A stretch of 42,013 nt of DNA from an uncultured bacterium. GTDB taxonomy: Bacteria > Latescibacterota > UBA2968. The notes beneath the pieces were generated by a model. That model worked only from the letters and a program-made list of their open reading frames with translations, was not told where the DNA came from and ran no database searches. Position numbers and translations under genes: made by a program. Positions 26,536 to 35,465 of the stretch are shown one piece after another. How positions within the stretch are numbered: the first letter of the stretch is position 1; each line of letters opens with the position of its first letter. The DNA lies in the NCBI GenBank assembly GCA_964471275.1, contig CAYYGZ010000001.1:17118-59130 (forward strand), read 5' to 3'.

Positions 26536-29001
26536 ATGGCTTCAGATGGACCCAAACCAGAAGAACCGATTGAGCAGGAAGCCCTCGCAAAACGGTCTTT
26601 TCCGCCCAATCTACCGCTGCTGACATCCTCGGAAGTCGTCATCTATCCCTACATGGCGGCACCTCTGATCATCGAGGATGAGGAGGCGATTCAGACGGTA
26701 GAGGCAGCGCTCAAGACCGGCCACAAGGTGGCTGCCCTGTTTGGGCGGATACCGACCGACACGAAAGAGGAGGCGCCAGTTTCGGTGTCGTCACTCACAG
26801 AGGATGATCTGCACCCCGTTGGATCGGCGATCCAGCTTGTCAGGTCACAACGCACACCTGATGGCCGTTTGCAGCTGCTGGTTCACGGTGTATCCCGTGT
26901 GGGTATCCAGAAGGTGGTGCGCGAGAGTACGCATCCGGAGGTCATTGTTCGTGACCTTGAGGACCTTGTCGAGAGCTCAACTCGATTCGAGGCACTCGAA
27001 CAGAATGTGCTCAGCCATTTCCGCCGTGCGGTCGAGCTTGCTCCCAACGTTCCCAGTGAAATGGCAGAAGCGCTTTCGGCATTGCCCGAGCCGGGGCAGC
27101 GAGTCGACTTTGTGGGTACCCAACTCAACCTGGATTTCGAGGAGCGGCAGGAAATCCTGGGGGAGTTGAACGTCCGCCGTCGGTTCGAGCTGGTTAATGA
27201 GTTTCTCAACCGGGAGGTAGAGATACTCGAACTGCGGCAGAAGATTCAGTCTGAAGCGGCAGGGACACTCCAGGACGAGCAGCGCGAGTATATTCTGAGA
27301 CAGCAACTCAAGGCGATTCAGGACGAGCTGGGTGATGGCGGCGGCTCACAGGAAATCGATGAGCTCAGGGCAAAGGTCGCCGAAGCCGGGCTGTCTGAAG
27401 AGGCCAGAGTGGAAGCCGAGCGCGAGCTTGGTCGTATGGAGACAACTCCCCAGGCTTCACCCGAGTATGGTGTGTCGAGGACATATCTCGACTGGATGGT
27501 GCATCTGCCCTGGGCTCGCACGAGTAAGGATCGCCTCGACGTCCGGGCTGCCCAGAAGAAGCTGGACAAGGATCACTTCGGGTTGGACAAACCAAAGGAT
27601 CGGATTCTCGAGTATCTATCTGTTCGACAGTTGAAGGATGACATGCGAGGACCGATTCTATGCCTAGTCGGTCCCCCCGGTGTCGGGAAGACCTCCTTGG
27701 GTCGATCGATCGCCGAGTCTATGGGACGTGAGTTCATTCGCATGTCACTTGGTGGGATGCGAGACGAATCCGAGATCCGGGGGCATCGACGTACCTATGT
27801 CGGGGCACTTCCCGGTCGCATCATACAGGGCCTGCGCCGAGCAGGAACGAGCAATCCGGTGTTCATGCTCGACGAGATTGATAAACTTGGGTTTGACTTC
27901 CGAGGGGATCCTTCCTCGGCATTGCTCGAGGTGCTGGATCCGGAGCAGAATAGCACATTCACGGATCACTATCTGGATGTCGCCTTCGACCTGTCCAAGG
28001 TGATGTTTGTCGCCACCGCCAACTCCCTGCACACGATCCCATCCGCTCTTCTCGATCGGATGGAGGTTCTGGAACTGTCGGGCTACACGGAAGTGGAGAA
28101 GCTGGAGATTGCTCGAAGATATCTGGTACCGAAGCAGCTCGCAGAACATGGTCTGAATACGAAGAAGCTCTTTATCGACAAGGGAACGCTACGCTCCGTG
28201 ATTGGGGGATACACCAGGGAAGCGGGGCTTAGGAACTTGGAGCGAGAGATCGGAACGATTTCTCGCAAGGCCGCGCGGAAGTTTGCCGAAGGGCGGGTGC
28301 GTCGGATCCGGGTGAAGGAATCAGACCTGCCAGGCTTTCTGGGGCCGGTTCGGTATCGGTACGAAACGGTGGAGGAGTCCAACGAGGTTGGCGTTGTGGC
28401 CGGGCTGGCTTGGACGCCTGTGGGTGGGGATGTGCTTTTTGTGGAAGCCACGAAGATGCCGGGCAAGGGTCGTCTCAAGCTGACGGGACAGGTCGGGGAT
28501 GTCATGAAGGAATCGGTCGAAGCCGCGATGACCTATGTTCGATCGAAGTGGTCCGAGCTTGGTCTGGAGCAGTCTTTCGCCGATGATCAGGATGTCCACA
28601 TTCACGTGCCTGCAGGGGCGATTCCCAAAGACGGCCCATCTGCAGGCGTCACGATGGCGACGGTGCTGACCTCCGTGTTCACTGATCGTCCGGTGCGGAA
28701 GGAGGTCGCGATGACAGGTGAGGTGACGTTGCGTGGTAAGGTTCTGCCGATTGGTGGCGTGAGAGACAAGATCCTCGGCGCGCACCGGGCGGGGATCGAA
28801 ACCGTAATCCTGCCGAAAGACAACCAGAAGGATGTGGAGGATATTCCAGAGAGTGTAAGGAAGAACATCAAACTGGTTTTTGTCGATCACGTCGATCAGG
28901 TGATCGACAAGGCATTGATCAAACCTCGGAGACTCTCACGGGCCGCACGCGCAGGGAGTGCCAAGTCATCTGTCACAGCGACTGCCTCCTCCGTGAACTG
29001 A
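26536..29001 (+). CDS. lon: ATP-dependent Lon protease
   Basis: LON N-domain, Walker A GPPGVGKT, GHRRTYVGALPG, LDEIDK, catalytic PKDGPSAG, TGEVTLRGKVLPIGG; RBS AGGAG. Confidence 0.97.
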   Translation: MASDGPKPEEPIEQEALAKRSFPPNLPLLTSSEVVIYPYMAAPLIIEDEEAIQTVEAALKTGHKVAALFGRIPTDTKEEAPVSVSSLTEDDLHPVGSAIQLVRSQRTPDGRLQLLVHGVSRVGIQKVVRESTHPEVIVRDLEDLVESSTRFEALEQNVLSHFRRAVELAPNVPSEMAEALSALPEPGQRVDFVGTQLNLDFEERQEILGELNVRRRFELVNEFLNREVEILELRQKIQSEAAGTLQDEQREYILRQQLKAIQDELGDGGGSQEIDELRAKVAEAGLSEEARVEAERELGRMETTPQASPEYGVSRTYLDWMVHLPWARTSKDRLDVRAAQKKLDKDHFGLDKPKDRILEYLSVRQLKDDMRGPILCLVGPPGVGKTSLGRSIAESMGREFIRMSLGGMRDESEIRGHRRTYVGALPGRIIQGLRRAGTSNPVFMLDEIDKLGFDFRGDPSSALLEVLDPEQNSTFTDHYLDVAFDLSKVMFVATANSLHTIPSALLDRMEVLELSGYTEVEKLEIARRYLVPKQLAEHGLNTKKLFIDKGTLRSVIGGYTREAGLRNLEREIGTISRKAARKFAEGRVRRIRVKESDLPGFLGPVRYRYETVEESNEVGVVAGLAWTPVGGDVLFVEATKMPGKGRLKLTGQVGDVMKESVEAAMTYVRSKWSELGLEQSFADDQDVHIHVPAGAIPKDGPSAGVTMATVLTSVFTDRPVRKEVAMTGEVTLRGKVLPIGGVRDKILGAHRAGIETVILPKDNQKDVEDIPESVRKNIKLVFVDHVDQVIDKALIKPRRLSRAARAGSAKSSVTATASSVN

Positions 29002-29016
29002 TAGCGAGATGTGATT

Positions 29017-29059
29017 CACAAGAGGCCGCCGATGCAATTATGCGTCGGCGGCCTTTGTG
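29017..29059. terminator. Probable bidirectional terminator between lon and the selenoprotein gene
   Basis: AGGCCGCCGATGCA-atta-TGCGTCGGCGGCCT stem followed by TTGTG; lies between convergent genes. Confidence 0.75.
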
Positions 29060-29065
29060 TGTCTG

Positions 29066-29302
29066 CTAGTTGACTTTCTTCTTCAGGTGCGGCTCGATCT
29101 CTGCGTACTCGGGGAAGCGCTTTTCCTGGAGCTTCGAGTAAACGAGATCCCCGTCGAGGGTCACCTCAAAGCGGCCCCCACCCGATGGGATCAGCGTGAA
29201 TGCTTCAATGTCCTGCTTGAATGCTTTCAGAATTTGGTCCGTCAAACTGACGGCCTGGTCTTCGTAGCCTCACTGTGCGCAGTATTCGATTTCGAGCTTC
29301 AT
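29066..29302 (-). CDS. Rdx family (SelW/SelT/SelH-like) selenoprotein with CxxU motif, UGA read as Sec
   Basis: Minus strand after RBS GGAAGGAGG: MKLEIEYCAQ[TGA 29272-29270]GYEDQAVSLTDQILKAFKQDIEAFTLIPSGGGRFEVTLDGDLVYSKLQEKRFPEYAEIEPHLKKKVN*. Shows the IEYCxxU.Y, LIPS.GG.FEV and YSK...RFP Rdx signature. Confidence 0.92.
29236..29255 (-). promoter_or_regulatory. Bacterial SECIS-like hairpin downstream of the Sec UGA
   Basis: mRNA sense GGCCGUCAGUUUGACGGACC: CCGUCA/UGACGG stem with a small G-containing loop, starting about 14 nt after the UGA. Confidence 0.7.
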
Positions 29303-29631
29303 GCGTATCCTCCTTCCTGCTGGTGTGATGTGGCGCGTCTGTACAATTGCCTGCTCTTATTCGGTAAAGAAGCGGCGATCTGCTCAACGGTCAATGGGGT
29401 ATCCAGTTCTTTCGCTGCATTCAGCCCGTTGAGCCAGAGTTCAGCGTGTTTCTCACCTAAAAGCTCCCGGTCAACCGTTTGTATAAGATCCTCCACAGCT
29501 TGCTCGGTGTCGCCCCCCCGGAGGCGAGTCGTGCCAGCAGGCCAGGTGAATCCTTGCTGTTTCCCATGCGTTGTCCGGAAGCGGAATATGCGCTCGGAGA
29601 TCGAACGCGGCAAGCCGGTGTCGGTATCCAC
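29299..29631 (-). CDS. Hypothetical protein translationally coupled to the selenoprotein
   Basis: 110-aa ORF with GTG start; its TGA overlaps the selenoprotein ATG (ATGA); no recognised motif; start uncertain. Confidence 0.45.
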   Translation of the reverse strand: MDTDTGLPRSISERIFRFRTTHGKQQGFTWPAGTTRLRGGDTEQAVEDLIQTVDRELLGEKHAELWLNGLNAAKELDTPLTVEQIAASLPNKSRQLYRRATSHQQEGGYA

Positions 29632-29648
29632 ATAGAGACCGGCTCTAC

Positions 29649-29677
29649 TTGACGGGGGAATGTCCTCCCGTTAGTAT
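29649..29677 (+). promoter_or_regulatory. Putative sigma-70 promoter for M32 carboxypeptidase
   Basis: TTGACG-17nt-TAGTAT about 50 nt upstream of ATG 29727. Confidence 0.5.
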
Positions 29678-29726
29678 CGTGTTCGGTATTTCATTGCTAC
29701 TGGAAATCATACAAGAGAGTTCAGGA

Positions 29727-31232
29727 ATGGCAAATAACGACTCCTACACCAAACTGCACAATCATATGAAGGAAACGTCTCTTCTGGGTTCGTGCGGAAG
29801 CGTACTCGGTTGGGACGAGCGGACCTACATGCCGCGAGGTGGAAGCAAGCATCGTGGTGATCAGTTGGCCCTCCTAGCAGGCTTGATTCACGATCGCGTG
29901 ACAGACAAGCGTGTCGGACAACTCCTGGATGAGGCAGAGGGGAAGACCGGTGACCTGCTGACTCCGGAATCTGTTAACCTCCGGCACTGGCGACGCGGGT
30001 ATGACCGGGCGACGAAGCTGCCCAAGTCGCTTGTCGAGGAGATCGCGCGTGTGACGACGATGGGACAGCAGGTCTGGGGAGATGCGCGGGAGAAGGACGA
30101 CTATGCAGCCTTCAAACCGACACTCGCCGAAATTATCCGCCTGAAGAAAGAAGAAGCTCGTGCTCTGAGCAATGGCGGAGGGCTCTACGATGCTCTGCTG
30201 GTGGACTACGAGCCCGGCGAGACGACCCACAATCTGAAGCAAGTCTTCAAGGCTCTTCGGGACGATCTGATTCCTCTGGTCGAGGCTATTGCTTCGGCTC
30301 CCCGAAGACCCGACCTTTCGATCCTGCACCGAGACTACTCTGTAGATCGTCAGGAAACATTCGGAAAGATGGCCGCCGAGGCGATCGGTTTCGATTTTGC
30401 CGGGGGACGCCTGGATGTGACAACACATCCCTTCTGCAGCGGGATGGGGCCAGGAGACACACGGATCACGACTCGTTACGACCAAAACGAACTCAATCAA
30501 GCGTTTTTCGGGATTCTGCACGAAGCCGGACACGGTCTGTATGAGCAAGGACTCGATCCGGATCACTGGGGAACCCCGATGGGTGAGTCGGTGTCGCTGG
30601 GGATCCACGAGTCTCAATCACGCACGTGGGAAAACTTCGTCGGAAGGAGCCGGGGTTTCTGGCGTCACTTCTATCCAAAACTCCAGGAAGTTTTCCCTGA
30701 GGTGCTTTCAGATGTGTCGGAGGATGCTTTCGTGTTCGCTGTGAATGATGTGCGGCCTTCGATGATTCGTGTAGAAGCCGACGAGATTACCTATAACCTC
30801 CACATTCTGCTTCGTTTCGAGATGGAAATCGCGATGATCGAGGAGGATCTCTCGGTCGATGATGTTCCCTCACTCTGGAATCAGAAATTCGAACACTTCT
30901 TCGGTTTCGCGCTGGAGAACGATACCGATGGGTGCCTCCAGGATATCCATTGGAGCGGCGGGGGCGTCGGGTATTTCCCGACCTATACGTTGGGGAATCT
31001 GTATGGTGCACAATTCTGCGATACCGCCACCGACGAGTTGGGCGATCTGGATGCCCAATTTGCCGCGGGTGACTTCGGGCCGCTCAAATCGTGGTGCACG
31101 GAGAAGATCTATCGCCAGGGCATGCGCTACCTGCCCAACGAGTTGGTAAAGGAAGTGACTGGTAAGCCCTTGAGTCACGAGCCGCTGGTACGGCATCTGA
31201 GGCTCAAGTACTCTGAGCTCTACGGGCTCTGA
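29727..31232 (+). CDS. Carboxypeptidase M32 (Taq-like)
   Basis: LGWDERTYMP, HPF, D.RITTRY, HEAGH (HExxH), HESQS, IRVEADE, GCLQDIHW, GYFPTYTLG; start ATG 29727 preferred. Confidence 0.95.
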   Translation: MANNDSYTKLHNHMKETSLLGSCGSVLGWDERTYMPRGGSKHRGDQLALLAGLIHDRVTDKRVGQLLDEAEGKTGDLLTPESVNLRHWRRGYDRATKLPKSLVEEIARVTTMGQQVWGDAREKDDYAAFKPTLAEIIRLKKEEARALSNGGGLYDALLVDYEPGETTHNLKQVFKALRDDLIPLVEAIASAPRRPDLSILHRDYSVDRQETFGKMAAEAIGFDFAGGRLDVTTHPFCSGMGPGDTRITTRYDQNELNQAFFGILHEAGHGLYEQGLDPDHWGTPMGESVSLGIHESQSRTWENFVGRSRGFWRHFYPKLQEVFPEVLSDVSEDAFVFAVNDVRPSMIRVEADEITYNLHILLRFEMEIAMIEEDLSVDDVPSLWNQKFEHFFGFALENDTDGCLQDIHWSGGGVGYFPTYTLGNLYGAQFCDTATDELGDLDAQFAAGDFGPLKSWCTEKIYRQGMRYLPNELVKEVTGKPLSHEPLVRHLRLKYSELYGL

Positions 31233-31403
31233 ACCACGCGTGATTCGACAAACACGCTGGGGCCGGCTCGACAGGCTCTTCGCTGCTGGCGGGGAGTGTG
31301 AGTCAAGGATCGGACCTTTCGACACGCCGATACCGCCACTTGTGTTCGGGGCGACAGTCTTTTCGGGTGTCCAATCCGTATTCGGGGATAGATCAGGTCA
31401 GTT

Positions 31404-32342
31404 GTGGACGTGATACTCGATGTCGACCCTGGGGTAGACGATGCACTGGCGATTCTGTTGGCTCTCTCGTCCAGAGAGCTGGACGTCCGGGCGCTCACGG
31501 TTGTGAGTGGTAACGTGCCCCTTGCCTCCGGTGCCGAAAACGCATTACGGATTCTGGCCTTTGCGAATCGATCCGGCATACCGGTCTACTCGGGTGCTGG
31601 CGCCCCTCTGGAACGGCCACCCGTATTCGCTAAGGAGATTCACGGCGAATCAGGGCTGGGAAATGCTGAGCTGGGTCCGTCGGATTGCAATGCTCACCCA
31701 GATGCGGTGGGATACCTTTGCGAGTCACTCGAATCCTGTCCTGGTGAGATCTCGATCTTTGCGGTGGGGCCGCTTACGAACCTTGCTCTGGCAGAGAGAA
31801 GGATCCCCGGAACGCTGGCCAGGGCCCGCGAGATCGTTGTTATGGGGGGGGCTGTGTCAGCATCCGGAAACGCGTCACCTGTGGCAGAATTCAACTTCTT
31901 CGCCGATCCGGACGCTGCACGCGAGGTGATACGGTCGGCGGCGAATGTTACAGTCATTCCTCTCGATGTGACACGTGAGGTGGGCATCAGTGAAGGTGAG
32001 ATTGAATCCGACATACGGCCCGCGAAGCGCCCCAATTGTGTCTTCTTCGAGAAGGTGACGGAAGTTGTCGTCCAGTATGGTAAGTTAAACGGCGGGTATG
32101 CGGGTCTGCATCTACACGACCCGACCGCTGTTGCTTACGGGCTGCAGCCAGACCTGTTCAGTGTTGAGGGAATTTTGGTGGATGTCGAGGTCGCGGGTCA
32201 TCTGACCAGCGGGCAACTGGTGACGGATCGGCGTGTGGGTGTGCGCGCAGGCAAACAAAAAGGGACACGGACTCGTGTCGCGATGGGGGTTGACGCGGGT
32301 GCTGTTCTGGAGCTGTTTCGAGAACGTGTGCTTCGTGCTTAG
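31404..32342 (+). CDS. Inosine/uridine-preferring nucleoside hydrolase
   Basis: DVDPGVDDALA, IHGESGLG, GPLTNLA, MGG, AEFNFFADP, HDP. Confidence 0.93.
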   Translation: MDVILDVDPGVDDALAILLALSSRELDVRALTVVSGNVPLASGAENALRILAFANRSGIPVYSGAGAPLERPPVFAKEIHGESGLGNAELGPSDCNAHPDAVGYLCESLESCPGEISIFAVGPLTNLALAERRIPGTLARAREIVVMGGAVSASGNASPVAEFNFFADPDAAREVIRSAANVTVIPLDVTREVGISEGEIESDIRPAKRPNCVFFEKVTEVVVQYGKLNGGYAGLHLHDPTAVAYGLQPDLFSVEGILVDVEVAGHLTSGQLVTDRRVGVRAGKQKGTRTRVAMGVDAGAVLELFRERVLRA

Positions 32343-32374
32343 CGATTGCAGGTCGGATATCCCGACCGCAATTC

Positions 32375-33331
32375 CTACGGGTCGGCACGCAGTCTCAGGT
32401 AGCTCTCATACCTGAGCCGGGAGATATCCCCCGTATCAACTGCATCTTTGACTGCGCACCCGGGCTCGTGAACGTGCGAACAATCGGAGAATCGGCACTG
32501 GCCAAGGTAGTCGTGGAACTCGCGGAACAGTTCGGGAGCATCCTCTGCGACGATATTCCAGAAGTGGAATTCCTTGACGCCAGGGATGTCTCCCACGAGC
32601 CCGCCTCCATCGAGAGACACGAGTTCCAGATGCGTCGTTGTATGACGACCGTCGCCCATGACGTGGCTGACTTCCCTTGTGCGGAGCTGCAGCCCTGGCT
32701 GCAGCCAATTGAGAAGACTCGATTTACCGACACCTGAGGGGCCGACAAACAGAGTTGTCCCTTCACTGAGAAGTTCGCGAAATTCATCCTGTCCGACGTT
32801 CGTCTCGGTGCTTGTGTAGACGACGCGATAGCCGGCACGCTCGTAGATGGATGTCACTTCGCATATCGGGTCCCGCTCCAGATCCATCTTGTTGATGCAG
32901 ATGGTTGCGGGGAGATCCTGCCACTCTGCGATGGCGAGCATTCGATCGAGCAGGTTCCAGTCCGGTACCGGGTCCATTACGGCGAACACAGTTACAACGC
33001 GATCGATGTTGGCGGCGAGAAGTTGCTCCTTGCGCCCAGATCCCGACGCTTTCCGGGACACTTTGTTCCGGCGTGTGAGAACTTCTCGGATCATGCCCGT
33101 GTAGTCCTCACCCCTGTCGATGACGACGTGATCGCCGATGACAACAGGGTCTGTGACTTTTGTACGACGCACACGCTGAACACGACGGCGACGGGAACCC
33201 GGGCTGGCCTTGGGGTATTCGAGCTGCTTGCGGAGCCGGCTAGAAATGGCACAATCCCACTGCTCTCCTCCGATCACTACGAAATAGTGACCCAGGTGCT
33301 GACGGACGACAATGCCTTCTGTCTCATTCAC
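32375..33331 (-). CDS. rsgA: Ribosome small subunit-dependent GTPase A
   Basis: GTG 33331 after RBS GGAG; VIGD.V, ANID, NKMDL, GPSGVGKSSLLN, GRHTTT, D.PG, C.FSDCSH.HEPGC. Confidence 0.93.
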   Translation of the reverse strand: MNETEGIVVRQHLGHYFVVIGGEQWDCAISSRLRKQLEYPKASPGSRRRRVQRVRRTKVTDPVVIGDHVVIDRGEDYTGMIREVLTRRNKVSRKASGSGRKEQLLAANIDRVVTVFAVMDPVPDWNLLDRMLAIAEWQDLPATICINKMDLERDPICEVTSIYERAGYRVVYTSTETNVGQDEFRELLSEGTTLFVGPSGVGKSSLLNWLQPGLQLRTREVSHVMGDGRHTTTHLELVSLDGGGLVGDIPGVKEFHFWNIVAEDAPELFREFHDYLGQCRFSDCSHVHEPGCAVKDAVDTGDISRLRYESYLRLRADP

Positions 33332-33361
33332 TGTTTCTTCTCCAATGGGATCAGCGCGGCG

Positions 33362-33390
33362 AAAATAGACCGGGCCAGCACGTGTGTCAA
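33362..33390 (-). promoter_or_regulatory. Putative sigma-70 promoter for rsgA
   Basis: Minus strand TTGACA-17nt-TATTTT about 30 nt upstream of the GTG. Confidence 0.5.
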
Positions 33391-33454
33391 GCGAGGCAGC
33401 TGACGGTTTCCGAAAATCGAATGTCCATACCTTTGACCTTACCGGGAGTCCTCT

Positions 33455-34561
33455 GTGCTTAATGAATACCAACATATCCTCGAGCAATGGGGATCGATCG
33501 TGTCTTTGAAGCAATTGGGTGTGGCCTTCCTTTGCGTGCTGGGAGGGCTTGTCGGTCGTCGCATTCTGATCACGGTGCTGGGACGATTTGTCAGCCAGGT
33601 GACGAGTCGGAGCCAGACCGAAGTGGACGATCTGATGGTCAAGGCGCTCGAACGACCGATCGGCTGGGCCATCGTCGTTGTTGGCATCCACCTGGCCGCG
33701 GAGACATTCAGGCCACCCGATCACATAAATGAGTGGTTGGACAAGGGAATGGCCTTCTGCGTGAGTATCCTGCTTGCCTGGCTGCTGCTCCGGATGGTTG
33801 ACGTGCTCACGGGGGTGCTGCATCGGTGGGCCCAGCGAACGGATTCGGCACTCGACGATCAGCTCGTGCCTCTTGTGTCGAAAGCATCCAAAGTTGTGGT
33901 GGGCATTCTGGCCGCTCTGCTGGTACTCCAGAATCTCGGATACTCGGTATCGGGATTGATTGCGGGGCTCGGCGTAGGGGGGCTCGCCGTGGCACTCGCA
34001 GCACAGAAGACACTGGCCGATCTATTCGGGTCCATCATGCTTCTGGTCGATCGGCCGTTCACGATCGGTGATTGGGTCAAGTCACCCGACGGCGCCCTGG
34101 AGGGTGTTGTCGAGGAGATCGGTTTCCGTTCGACGAGGATCCGCACTTTTGAGAAAACCCTGATTCACGTTCCAAACAGTCGACTCGCGGAGTTCATCAT
34201 CGACAATATGGACCGGCGTCCAGCGCGCCGGGTGTGGATATCTGTTGGTTTGACCTACAGCTCCACCTCAAATCAGATGTCCGATGCTGTGGCAGCCATC
34301 CGAACGATACTTACATAACACGAGGGTGTCGACAAGCAATTTTTTCTTGTTCGGTTCACGGATTTCGGGCAAAGCTCACTAGATATCATGGTGTACTATT
34401 TCTCGAAGTCTACCGTCTGGGATGAGTATCTCGCTGTCAGGGAGGATGTGAATCTTCGGATCATGGATTCGCTCGAGCGTCTCGGTCTGGAGATCGCGTT
34501 TCCCACACGGACTGTCCATCTGGCACAGCACGAGATCACGGATGAGCCTGCCGACGGGTGA
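33455..34561 (+). pseudogene. mscS: MscS-family mechanosensitive channel (YnaI-like) interrupted by an in-frame TAA at 34316-34318 (nonsense mutation or sequence error)
   Basis: GLGVGGLAVALAAQKTLADLFG, DRPFTIGDW, GVVEEIGFRSTRIRT, VPNS. The same frame continues after the TAA as HEGVDKQFFLVRFTDFGQSSLDIMVYYF...LEIAFPTRTVHL to TGA 34559-34561. Confidence 0.85.
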
Positions 34562-34579
34562 TTTTAGAGGGCAAAACGT

Positions 34580-34608
34580 TTGACACCTGATTGGCGATCT
34601 TCCATATT
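34580..34608 (+). promoter_or_regulatory. Putative sigma-70 promoter for the UvrB/C-motif to envelope gene operon
   Basis: TTGACA-17nt-CATATT. Confidence 0.5.
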
Positions 34609-34706
34609 TCTGGAGGATGAGCACGTGATCGGTGGATGCCTGTGTCCTGGAGGATGGGGCTCATATGGGGTGGTGGCGTGAGAGCCGGCTACACGGAGAA
34701 AGGCAA

Positions 34707-35459
34707 ATGGAAGACATCTTGAAGATCCTGAACAACTGGGAATTCAACGCGGAAGATATTTGCGCGCGGAAGATTGTTGGTCAGGATGGTCGCGAGAAAT
34801 TGCAGGTCAGGGTGGATCTCGGGATGCTACAGATGAATCTCGATGGTCGTCCCGACGGGACACGTCCACACGGTCACGAATCGCTGCTCCAGCACTTTGA
34901 GAAGAAAATCCGGAAGCACGAAGCGAAGTCCGAGAACTCCTTCGAACTGACAGATGACGATCGCGATCGTCTCGATCAGGAGAGCCTCCAGTACTATCAT
35001 CGCTATGTCTGTCTGCTGCGACTTGGCGATTACGATCGTGTCATCACCGATACGAGCCATAATCTTGCGATTTTTGACCTGGTCAACGAGCATTCGTCCA
35101 GTGATGAGCAGAAGCTGCTGTTCGAGCAGTATCGCCCGTATGTCACCATGATCAACACGCAGGCCCACGGGGAGCTCAGGCTGCTCGAGGAGGACTATGA
35201 GGGCGCTCTCGAAATCGTTGATTGTGGCGTGCGTCAGATCGAGACGATGCTGGAAGCCTTCGATGAATTCGAGTCTCCCGAAGACAGCGAAGAGATATAC
35301 GCGCTTCAGACATGGCGAGATGAGATCAAGCGAAATCGCCCGATTACGCTTAAACAGCGTCTTGCACAGCAGCTTCAAGAGGCCATTGCCGAAGAGAAAT
35401 ACGAACGGGCTGCGACCCTGCGTGATCGGCTGGAAGGTCTCGAGAAGAAGCGGTTCTAG
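34707..35459 (+). CDS. UvrB/UvrC-motif-containing protein of unknown function
   Basis: ATG 34707 after GGAG/AAGG; R.I.G.DGR.KLQ.R.DLG.LQM..DGRPDG.RPHG, QYYHRY, QYRPY; C-terminal L.EAI.EE.YERAA.LRD UVR motif. Confidence 0.8.
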   Translation: MEDILKILNNWEFNAEDICARKIVGQDGREKLQVRVDLGMLQMNLDGRPDGTRPHGHESLLQHFEKKIRKHEAKSENSFELTDDDRDRLDQESLQYYHRYVCLLRLGDYDRVITDTSHNLAIFDLVNEHSSSDEQKLLFEQYRPYVTMINTQAHGELRLLEEDYEGALEIVDCGVRQIETMLEAFDEFESPEDSEEIYALQTWRDEIKRNRPITLKQRLAQQLQEAIAEEKYERAATLRDRLEGLEKKRF

Positions 35460-35465
35460 CGCCCG

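Noticed and set aside
29057-29635. 192-aa plus-strand ORF after lon
   Set aside because: Shadow of the minus-strand selenoprotein and its partner; it begins inside the terminator and has no motif or RBS.
31233-31403. Intergenic region before the nucleoside hydrolase as a possible purine riboswitch or REP element
   Set aside because: No purine riboswitch core is visible; the only repeat is an 11-nt match to the 7503 hairpin arm, compatible with chance.
33332-33823. N-terminal extension of the 482-aa ORF containing rsgA
   Set aside because: Mostly antisense to mscS; RsgA homology, RBS and promoter point to GTG 33331.
34316-34318. Programmed Sec/Pyl read-through in mscS
   Set aside because: The codon is TAA, not TGA or TAG, and it is not at a catalytic Cys position.
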